Shown here one piece after another: positions 39,963 to 47,754 of a stretch of 60,884 nucleotides of DNA. How positions within the stretch are numbered: the stretch's first letter is position 1; each line of letters opens with the position of its first letter. A model generated the notes under the pieces. The model was not told the origin of the DNA, did not search any database, and saw only the letters and a list, made by a program, of their open reading frames with translations. The translations under genes were made by a program, and so were the position numbers. The DNA comes from a bacterium (GTDB taxonomy: Bacteria > SZUA-182 > DTGQ01): positions 1 through 60,884 of the forward strand of contig JBFMGO010000025.1 of the NCBI GenBank assembly GCA_040752695.1, given 5' to 3'.

Positions 39963-40961
39963 CTATGGATTATCGGTAACGACCAACTCCCTCACCGGTG
40001 TTCCGTCGCTCCATTCTCCCATATACCGTTGCTGCGGTGTATTGCCGAGGGCATACTCCCTGTTTTCACCGTAAAAGGCCGCATCAGTCAGAGCGTCAAA
40101 CAGTTTCCAGAGGCAGTAATAATCAAGGGGATCTGTTTCATTGGAATGTGAACAACAGGGGGCAAAATGGTCAGCATGCAAGGAAGGAGAGCCGTGGCTA
40201 TCCGAAACCATGATGATAAAGTCCTTATTATCAAAGGGAATTTGTGACGTATTCCAGAAAATATTTTTAGCATCCGAAGCACCGACAACGCCATCCCGGT
40301 CGCCCACTAAGCTGAGGAGAAGGGTATTGGAAGGAATTGTCGACAGATCTTCCAGCTTGAACGATGAGCTAATGCCCGGCTCAACTGACATGACTGCCTT
40401 TGGAACAGGTAACCCGGCAGTTTCGGCCAGGGCAGCCATATTAGCAGCAAGTATCCCACCGCATGAGTGTCCTACCACTGCAAATCTGCTCAGGTCCGGC
40501 TCTACATGCCCCTCGCTGTTCAGTGTTTTCAAGGAGTCCACCACTGCTTGAATAGAATTGGAAGTATATTGGACGGATCCAGTGACCATAGTTTGATATG
40601 TAGGGAAAACAACAATATTACCCCTTTTAACTATGTGTTGGATCCATGCATCATAGATACCGGGATCCGTTCCTCCCCACCCATGAAGGAAGACAATCAG
40701 AGGTGCATTGTCCGGTCTTGGCAAGTCCGGCTCATAGATATAGTAATGTAAGGCACCTGCACCGTGACTGCTCCTGGTAACCTGGCTGTGGGCGTAATCT
40801 ATACTGCCAGGTCCTGTTGATGGCTGAGCAGGCATTGAGGTAGCCAGGGCAGCAGAGGCAGAAATGAAGGCTGTACAGAGTAAAATGAGAAATGCTTGCC
40901 CAACTTGTGAGAACATACCTTGAGTGATAATATGGCTTATGGTTTGTCTCAGTAATGACAC
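39963..40961 (-). CDS. secreted alpha/beta hydrolase (chlorophyllase/cutinase-like)
   Basis: Signal peptide, VFLHGWG, nucleophile GHSCGG, GDRD, ADHF. Confidence 0.82.
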   Translation of the reverse strand: MSLLRQTISHIITQGMFSQVGQAFLILLCTAFISASAALATSMPAQPSTGPGSIDYAHSQVTRSSHGAGALHYYIYEPDLPRPDNAPLIVFLHGWGGTDPGIYDAWIQHIVKRGNIVVFPTYQTMVTGSVQYTSNSIQAVVDSLKTLNSEGHVEPDLSRFAVVGHSCGGILAANMAALAETAGLPVPKAVMSVEPGISSSFKLEDLSTIPSNTLLLSLVGDRDGVVGASDAKNIFWNTSQIPFDNKDFIIMVSDSHGSPSLHADHFAPCCSHSNETDPLDYYCLWKLFDALTDAAFYGENREYALGNTPQQRYMGEWSDGTPVRELVVTDNP

Positions 40962-41527
40962 TACAATCTCCTATTTCAGGCTAAGGTTAATAATTTTAAG
41001 GTCTTGAGCATTGTTGGCATTTTTTGCTATTCTTATAATTTTTTGTATTATATGCTGTCTCTTTAACCAAATGGAATAAATACCCCATGAACCTCAATTG
41101 CCAAGGTAAAACAATATGTTCCTGAAAAGTATTCCTCCTTTGTTTAATGTATTGGGTGTATGGTTAATAGGTTATAAAATATAATAAAAAAGATTGATGA
41201 AAGATTGGTAATGAATGCGCATTAGCATATAATATAAGTCTCAATTTGTCACGCTTTTTTTAACCTCGTTTCGAGGTAATTTTGAGATAAATTTACTTAT
41301 TTAATATCTTTATTCTATAACTCTCTACCGAACACTTTTTATCCACGATAGTGTCCGGTAGTGAGAAATTTTAACCACAAAATACATGAATTACAGAAAT
41401 TATATAAGTTTTTGTATTTTGATGGCAAGGATAAACTTGGATTGGCACTCTCCTGGAAGTGCTTTTTGGAGTGGAGGGTGATTTCCGTGTTATATTGTAA
41501 CTGCTTTGCGTTGTAACCGCGGGCACA

Positions 41528-42544
41528 TTAACGTTTTCCATCACCAAGTACTTTGCCGCGTGTGCTGATAATAATTTTTTCGACCGGGACGTGCTCTCCC
41601 GCATCAGTCAGCCCTTTCTCGACAAGTGCAGAAAGACCCGAACAGCATGGTACTTCCATCATAAGAACAGTGATTCGCCTGATATCTGCTGCTTTGAAGA
41701 TGCTGGAAAATTTCTGGACATATTCCTCACCATTGTCGAACTTTGGGCATCCCATCAGGACAGCCTTGCCCGGCAGAAAATCGCGATGAAGGGCAGGGCA
41801 GGCGACTGCCGTACAGTCGGCCAGAACCAGCAAATGGGCTCCCTTGAGAAATGGAGCTGATGGAGGCACCAGCCTGATCTGGACAGGCCAGTGGGAAAGG
41901 CCGGATTCTGCGGCTGCATGCTCGACCGGGCGATTGGCCTCAGGGCATGGCGTTGCCTGCTTGAAGCTTTCCACATGAGTCGAAGGACATCCGCACGCCA
42001 GAGTGGCCGGTCTTTTATGCTCCCTCTCTTTCTCTTCGGCCTGGCTCTGAGATTGTTGTCCCTGCTGTCCTATCTGTCCCCGTTGTCCCTGCTGTCCGGT
42101 CCGTTGTTCTATCTGGCTCTGCTGACTCTGTAACAGGCTTTGGTGCGGCGCGCTTCGCTGTCTCTGTATTTGCCTGCCTTGTGTCTGGATTTGCTGTTCA
42201 TTCCACATCTGACCGGGTGCCTGGTCTTGTGGATCGCTTCGCATCTGGTCCTGCGGCTTGCTTTGTGACTCACTCTGCATCTGGCCCTGCGGCTGGCTTT
42301 GAGAACCCAAATATTCCACTACTGCCGCAGCGTCAAAGTCTTCGGCCTCGCGCTCAGTGACCTTGAGCGCTCCTTGAGGGCACTCTCCCAGGCAGGCACC
42401 CAAACCATCGCAGTACTTTTCCGATACCAAACGCGCCTTGCCATCAACGATCTGAATGGCTCCTTCGGCGCAAGAGGGCACGCACAGTCCGCAGCCGTCG
42501 CAAAGCTCCTCGTTAATTTCAATGATATTCCGTGTAACCTTCAT
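41528..42544 (-). CDS. 4Fe-4S ferredoxin-domain protein typical of hcp operons, with a Gln-rich insert
   Basis: CDGCGLCVPSCAEGAI, CDGLGACLGECP, CGCPS, LSHWPVQIRLV, GCPKFD, MEVPCCSGL. Confidence 0.85.
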   Translation of the reverse strand: MKVTRNIIEINEELCDGCGLCVPSCAEGAIQIVDGKARLVSEKYCDGLGACLGECPQGALKVTEREAEDFDAAAVVEYLGSQSQPQGQMQSESQSKPQDQMRSDPQDQAPGQMWNEQQIQTQGRQIQRQRSAPHQSLLQSQQSQIEQRTGQQGQRGQIGQQGQQSQSQAEEKEREHKRPATLACGCPSTHVESFKQATPCPEANRPVEHAAAESGLSHWPVQIRLVPPSAPFLKGAHLLVLADCTAVACPALHRDFLPGKAVLMGCPKFDNGEEYVQKFSSIFKAADIRRITVLMMEVPCCSGLSALVEKGLTDAGEHVPVEKIIISTRGKVLGDGKR

Positions 42545-42702
42545 ACTTTATCTCCTTGATGTCTTTTGGGTCTCACCATGGTACTGTTGGTAACTCGTGA
42601 TTTACAGCCCGAATGTTTCCTGGATGCGTATTGTCTTTGTCCCCCCTCTCTTAAGGGGGAGTGAGTTGCCAGGAGGCTAAAAATTCCCCATGCCCCCTTT
42701 AC

Positions 42703-42826
42703 ATCAGCCCCCTGGCATCCAGCCCCTGGCACCAGTATCCAGTCCCGGCACCAGTATCCAGCCTTAGTATCCAGTATCCAATGCCCGGTATCCGATATCC
42801 GGTGTCCAGCGTCTACAGCATTCTAC
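42703..42826 (-). repeat. degenerate heptamer tandem repeat (CTGGATA on the minus strand) between hcp and the ferredoxin
   Basis: Plus strand: cagtatc cagtatc caatgcc cggtatc cgatatc cggtgtc cagcgtc. Confidence 0.8.
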
Positions 42827-42835
42827 CTTTTACAT

Positions 42836-44578
42836 CTATCCCAGTATGGCCTTCAGGTCCTCGTCCGGCGTGCTGATAGGCTTGATATTGAACGTCTTGA
42901 CCAGAACATCGAGCACCGCAGGGCTGACGAAAGCGGGCAGGCTCGGTCCCAGGCGAATATCCTTGATGCCCAGCGAGAAAAGGGTCAAGAGGATCGCTAC
43001 GGCTTTTTGCTCGTACCAGGAAAGGATCAGGGAGAGCGGCAGGTCATTCAGGCCGCAGTCGAAGACCTTGGCCAAGGCCGCGGCAATTTGGATAGCCGAG
43101 TAGGCGTCATTGCACTGGCCGATGTCCAGAAGTCTGGGAATGCCGCCGATATCACCAAGGTTTTTATCGAAGAAGCGGAACTTGCCGCAGGCCAGGGTCA
43201 AAACGAGGCAATCGGAGGGGATTTTCTCTACCAGCTCGGTATAATAATTCCGGCCAGGCCTGGCACCATCACAGCCTGCCACCAGGAAGATGTGACGCAG
43301 GGCTTTTGTCTTGACTGCATCGACCACTTTATCAGCCACGGACAGGACGGCATTTCTGGCAAAGCCCACCATGACCGATTGCGCGGCAATATCTCCAGAA
43401 AAACCGGGCATGGACAGTGCCTTCTCTATGAGCGGGCTAAAATCCCGGTTCTCGATGTGGGTCACTCCAGGCCAGCCCACTACATCACAGGTAAAGATGT
43501 TATCCTTGTATGAATCCCCTGGTTTTTGAATGCAATTGGTGGTCATCAGAATAGCGCCGGGAAATTGGGCGAATTCCCTGACCTGATTTTGCCATGCAGT
43601 ACCGAAATGGCCATAAAAGTGAGGATATTTCTTCAAACCCGGATAGCCGTGGCAGGGGAGCATCTCGCCGTGAGTATAGACGGAGATCCCCTTTCCTTCA
43701 CTTTGCTTGAGTACCTCTTCCAGGTCCTTGAGATCATGGCCGGACACCAGAATGGCCTTTCCCTTTTTTGCTCCGAGCGGGACTTTAGTGGGCACCGGAT
43801 GGCCATAGGTGCCTGTATTGGCAGCATCGAGCAATTCCATGGCACGCAGGTTCACCTTGCCGCATTGTAAAACAAGCCTGACCAGTTCCTCGGCGGACAG
43901 GTTCCTATTCAAGGTTGCAGCCAGACCCTCATGAATGAAGGCATACACAGCCTCATCCTCCTCCCCCAAAGTGGCTGCATGAGAGGCATAGGCAGCCACA
44001 CCTTTGATACCTATGGTCAGCGTCTGCTGCAAGGAGAGGACATCAGGCGAAACACCCGGGCCTGAACCACCTGCGTCACCATGGCTACCATGGCTACGGG
44101 GGTTACCGAGGTTACCGGAACTGCCGGAGCTACCGGTGTTACCTGCGCCACCTGCTGTGGGATTTGACTTTATTCCTGCGGCTTCACCCTGCTTTACCAG
44201 GCCTGCCAGATCTGGTTCAGGCCTGAAGGTGGCTGGCCCAGCCTGGATGGAATCAGGAAAACCGACCGTGCCGCCTGCTGCCTCAACTTTGCTCTTCATG
44301 CTGTCTCTGAGCTCCACGCACCGGTGGATGAAATGAACAAAACGGTTCGGATCAAAATTTACATTGGTCAGGGTGGAAAAAACAGCTTCGCAGGTAAAGG
44401 TATTTACCTCAGGGTCTCGAACATCCTTTTTGCGGCCTTCTACAGCGTAGAGTGACAATCCCTTGAGAGCGTAGATGAGAAGATCCTGCAATGCGGCTAC
44501 CCCGGGTTGTTTGCCGCAAACACCCGATACCGTGCACCCCTCTCCCCTGGCAGTTTGTTCACATTGATAACAAAACAT
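42836..44578 (-). CDS. hcp: hybrid cluster protein (hydroxylamine/NO reductase)
   Basis: MFCYQCEQTA..GCT..GVCGK, ILVSGHDL, YTHGEMLP, GCDG, DIGQCNDAYS, LSWYEQKA. GGAGGAG RBS. Confidence 0.96.
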   Translation of the reverse strand: MFCYQCEQTARGEGCTVSGVCGKQPGVAALQDLLIYALKGLSLYAVEGRKKDVRDPEVNTFTCEAVFSTLTNVNFDPNRFVHFIHRCVELRDSMKSKVEAAGGTVGFPDSIQAGPATFRPEPDLAGLVKQGEAAGIKSNPTAGGAGNTGSSGSSGNLGNPRSHGSHGDAGGSGPGVSPDVLSLQQTLTIGIKGVAAYASHAATLGEEDEAVYAFIHEGLAATLNRNLSAEELVRLVLQCGKVNLRAMELLDAANTGTYGHPVPTKVPLGAKKGKAILVSGHDLKDLEEVLKQSEGKGISVYTHGEMLPCHGYPGLKKYPHFYGHFGTAWQNQVREFAQFPGAILMTTNCIQKPGDSYKDNIFTCDVVGWPGVTHIENRDFSPLIEKALSMPGFSGDIAAQSVMVGFARNAVLSVADKVVDAVKTKALRHIFLVAGCDGARPGRNYYTELVEKIPSDCLVLTLACGKFRFFDKNLGDIGGIPRLLDIGQCNDAYSAIQIAAALAKVFDCGLNDLPLSLILSWYEQKAVAILLTLFSLGIKDIRLGPSLPAFVSPAVLDVLVKTFNIKPISTPDEDLKAILG

Positions 44579-44672
44579 TTTTTCTCCTCCTTGTGTAAGA
44601 TATAGATTTGACCACAAGTGTGGATTTGACCACGTGCTTACCTTAACTTTATCTCTCTTTTGAAATATAGGC

Positions 44673-44688
44673 TTTGACTTAAGTCAAA
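44673..44688. promoter_or_regulatory. putative HcpR operator TTTGAC-TTAA-GTCAAA
   Basis: Perfect 16-bp palindrome of Crp/Fnr type (TTGAC-N4-GTCAA) between divergent hcp and the Crp/Fnr gene. Confidence 0.75.
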
Positions 44689-44752
44689 ACAAATGATATT
44701 TTCTCATAAGTACTCGTGCACTGTAAGTATTTATAGGTAAGGGGCAGCCATA

Positions 44753-45454
44753 TTGAGGAGCGTTCATGGTATGGATTTACTGGGTTGTTTATCAGCTATA
44801 CCGCTTTTCGCGGGTTTGGACAGGGATCAATACGAAGTATTGTCACATATTGTAGTTGATCAGGTTTTTAAGCGGGGCCAGACTATTTTTACCGAAGGAG
44901 AAGAGGGCAGGGGATTTTATGTTATGATCCTGGGCAGAGTGAAAATTTTCAAGCTCTCACCTGAGGGCAAGGAGCAAATTCTCCATATTGTCGGGCCAGG
45001 AGAACCCTTCGGAGAGGTTGCGGTCTTTGCAGGTCAGCCATTTCCGGCACACTCTGAAACCATAGAGGAAAGCCGCACTTTTTTCTTTCCCAGGGCAGAT
45101 TTCATTGAACTTATTAAAAAGAATCCTCTTCTGGCCATGAACATGCTGGCTGTTCTTTCACAGCGTCTGGCCGGGTTAACCGTACTCATAGACAGCCTCT
45201 CCCTGAAGGAGGTCCCTGCCAGACTGTCCGCTTACCTTCTTGCCCAGAGCGAGCGGAAAAGCACGGGCAATGACCTGTCCCTGGATATTACCAAAGGGCA
45301 ACTGGCAGGTTCTTTGGGCACCATCCCTGAGACCCTCTCTCGCATTCTTGCCAAAATGGCCAAAGGAGGGTTAATCCACTCCGATGGCCGCCGGATTACG
45401 ATCATGAACCGCCAGGGATTGGAGGAACTGGCCGAAGGACAAAAGCGGCTTTGA
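44753..45454 (+). CDS. hcpR: Crp/Fnr-family regulator HcpR
   Basis: cNMP domain (GRVKIFKLSPEGKEQIL, FGEVAVF), HTH LGTIPETLSR, divergent from hcp. The start may be 44771. Confidence 0.85.
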   Translation: MRSVHGMDLLGCLSAIPLFAGLDRDQYEVLSHIVVDQVFKRGQTIFTEGEEGRGFYVMILGRVKIFKLSPEGKEQILHIVGPGEPFGEVAVFAGQPFPAHSETIEESRTFFFPRADFIELIKKNPLLAMNMLAVLSQRLAGLTVLIDSLSLKEVPARLSAYLLAQSERKSTGNDLSLDITKGQLAGSLGTIPETLSRILAKMAKGGLIHSDGRRITIMNRQGLEELAEGQKRL

Positions 45455-45585
45455 GAGATGCCTTTGTTTTGCCGCTTTCCAGAGATCAGAATATAGAAGA
45501 CCAGCTATGTCCCCCAAAAAGGACCATTCAGCAGCAGCCGTAGCAGCCGTCTCCTGGCCGTTTCAGGTTCCCAGCATCAGGGTCC

Positions 45586-45834
45586 CTAGCTGTTCAGGCA
45601 GGAATCCATATTTCCTTTCAGGCGCTCTAACAGGGCTCTTTTTTCTTGCACCTCTTTTAATTTTTCCTGAAGATTATCTGTTTCAGGATCAAAGGTACAT
45701 ACACCGAAAGAGCAATCTACATTGAGTAATCCACCTAATTTGTGGCCCAGTTTTTTAATCTCTTCGTTTAACTCCTCTATTTCCCTATCCAATATTTTTT
45801 TTTCATTCTCCATGGCCATTTTATAATTCTCCAT
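45586..45834 (-). CDS. small coiled-coil hypothetical protein with a central C-x4-C
   Basis: 82 aa: two heptad-rich helices flanking DCSFGVC. Confidence 0.55.
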   Translation of the reverse strand: MENYKMAMENEKKILDREIEELNEEIKKLGHKLGGLLNVDCSFGVCTFDPETDNLQEKLKEVQEKRALLERLKGNMDSCLNS

Positions 45835-46150
45835 AGTAAAATCAGGGTTTAACTGAATTGCTTTTCCATGAAGATACTACTTTCGATAAGAATTGTAAAG
45901 CTTATTTTCACCTAAGCGGTTCGTCGTGTAATGGGGAAGGAAATAACAATTTTTACCTATCCATCGTTAAAATTTATAAAAGCTCTAAAGAACGTTCAAT
46001 TAAATCAAAAAGATGTTCAATCAAATCGGACACTTTTTGCCAAAATCCTCAACCGTCATTTCCCATGAAACGCGAAGCCCCTAAGGCAGCATACATATAA
46101 TTCACCGTTTGCGATGAAAAAGGGATGGCAACGTGCAGTCATGTGTATCC

Positions 46151-46180
46151 TTGACAATCCCTTGGAGGATCATCTATTAT
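46151..46180 (+). promoter_or_regulatory. sigma-70 promoter upstream of rpn
   Basis: TTGACA-N18-TATTAT. Confidence 0.45.
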
Positions 46181-46238
46181 GAAAGCAGAGTGAGTATGGA
46201 AGAAAAAAGCACCATGAATGATAAGACATTGAACCGGC

Positions 46239-47312
46239 ATGAATAAAGAGGACCTGAACCATCCGCACGATTGTCTGACCAAGGAGATACTGAGCAGGAA
46301 GGAGAATGCCAGAGATTTTTTCTTTCACTACCTGCCAGCCCACATCAGGGATCTTCTCGATCTGGACAGCCTTGAGATCTGCAAGGACTCCTTCATCGAT
46401 GCCCATCTGGATGAGTACTTTTCAGACCTGCTCTATCAGATTAACCTCCAGAATGCATCCGCCGATCAGGAGGATGCGGAGGAGGAGGAGAAGGCGGCGG
46501 CAGAGCAGCAGCCACAGAGAGAGAAAGGGTATGTGTATGTGCTCTTTGAGCACAAGAGTACACCGCAAGAGTGGATAGCTTTTCACCTTTTGCGCTACCA
46601 GGTCAGGATATGGGAATTGTTTTTAAAGCAGAACGATTCAGCCAGAAGGTTGCCGGTGATTATCCCCCTGGTGCTGTATCATGGGAAGAAGAAATGGAGG
46701 GTGGGTCTTCAGTTCTCTGACCTTTTCGTGAATCCAAAAGGGGGGCTTATGGCCTTTATCCCTGATTTTACCTATCTTCTGTGTGATCTGTCAGTCCTTG
46801 GTGATGATCAGATCAGGGGCAGGGCCATCATGAGGCTCTTTTTCGTTCTGCTCAAGTATATCCACGACCCTGCACTGCTCAGGTATCTGAGGGAATTACT
46901 GCCTGATCTGCTCCATGATCCCCTCCTGTCCGGCCAGGAACTGCAAGGTATATTGACCACCATCTTCCGCTATATTATCTGTGTGTCGGATGTGGTGAGC
47001 GTGGATGAAATCAAGGAAATAGTCGAAACAGGCTTAGGGAAGGATAAGGAGGACTTAATCATGACCCTCGCCGAACAACTGATCCAACAGGGAATGCAAC
47101 AGGGAATGCAGCAGGGGATACAGCAGGGTGAGATAAAAAAGGCCAGGGAGGCGATTGTGGATGTTCTGGAGACTCGTTTTGGCCCCGTTCCATCCTCAGT
47201 CAGAGAGAGACTCTCTGGTATCAGCGATCAGGCCGCGTTGGAAGATCTGCTGCGCAAGGCTGTCACCGTTGCTTCTGTGGCTGAGTGGGAGAACATGACT
47301 GGCGGAAAGTAG
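46239..47312 (+). CDS. Rpn/YhgA-family PD-(D/E)XK nuclease (transposase_31)
   Basis: HPHD..TKEIL, LDLDSLEICKDSFID, FSDLLY, YVLFEHKS, VIIPLVLYHG, MTLAEQLIQQGMQQG. Confidence 0.92.
   Translation: MNKEDLNHPHDCLTKEILSRKENARDFFFHYLPAHIRDLLDLDSLEICKDSFIDAHLDEYFSDLLYQINLQNASADQEDAEEEEKAAAEQQPQREKGYVYVLFEHKSTPQEWIAFHLLRYQVRIWELFLKQNDSARRLPVIIPLVLYHGKKKWRVGLQFSDLFVNPKGGLMAFIPDFTYLLCDLSVLGDDQIRGRAIMRLFFVLLKYIHDPALLRYLRELLPDLLHDPLLSGQELQGILTTIFRYIICVSDVVSVDEIKEIVETGLGKDKEDLIMTLAEQLIQQGMQQGMQQGIQQGEIKKAREAIVDVLETRFGPVPSSVRERLSGISDQAALEDLLRKAVTVASVAEWENMTGGK
47061..47312 (+). CDS. in-frame internal small protein (RpnS-type antitoxin), 83 aa
   Basis: TAAGGAGG (47045-47052) 8 nt before the in-frame ATG of MTLAEQL... 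Confidence 0.7.
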   Translation: MTLAEQLIQQGMQQGMQQGIQQGEIKKAREAIVDVLETRFGPVPSSVRERLSGISDQAALEDLLRKAVTVASVAEWENMTGGK

Positions 47313-47580
47313 TCTCTCCTGATGAAAAGTCGTACGCTGTGAAAAGTCGAACGTTCATGCATGTCTGGAAAGAGTGGATGAAGTAAATGGTAGTTTATGG
47401 CGATATATCGAGTATCCATAGAGTGTCCGGTAGCGAAGTTTTCCCAATCCTGGCCTGACTGATTCTGCAATTTACGAAATTGCAGGCAAAATTACCTGGT
47501 GGCAGCAGATGTTTTTCACTATTGAATATCCTTTTCTTAAAAGGACATACAATTCAAGAAAAGGCATTCCCGTTATCGAT

Positions 47581-47679
47581 TTCAATCATCTGCGCGGAAG
47601 GATTTTCCGAATGTGCGATTATCTACGCGGATAGATTTCCAGAATGTTCAATCATCTGAGCTGATGGATTTCCCAAATG
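47581..47679 (+). repeat. 3 x 33-nt degenerate tandem repeat upstream of recB
   Basis: ttcaatcatctgcgcggaaggattttccgaatg / tgcgattatctacgcggatagatttccagaatg / ttcaatcatctgagctgatggatttcccaaatg. Confidence 0.8.
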
Positions 47680-47754
47680 GCGGCACCAAGCGATCTTCGC
47701 TGCCATCGCCTGAAAGGAGCCGGCCGTTATTGATTCAACCGGAGTTTGGGAATA

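Noticed and set aside
46239..47312. Active IS transposase
   Set aside because: Rpn/YhgA family; no terminal inverted repeats or target duplication seen.
47581..47679. CRISPR array (also considered for 33901-33990 and 58358-58573)
   Set aside because: Units are contiguous and degenerate with no unique spacers, and there are no cas genes.
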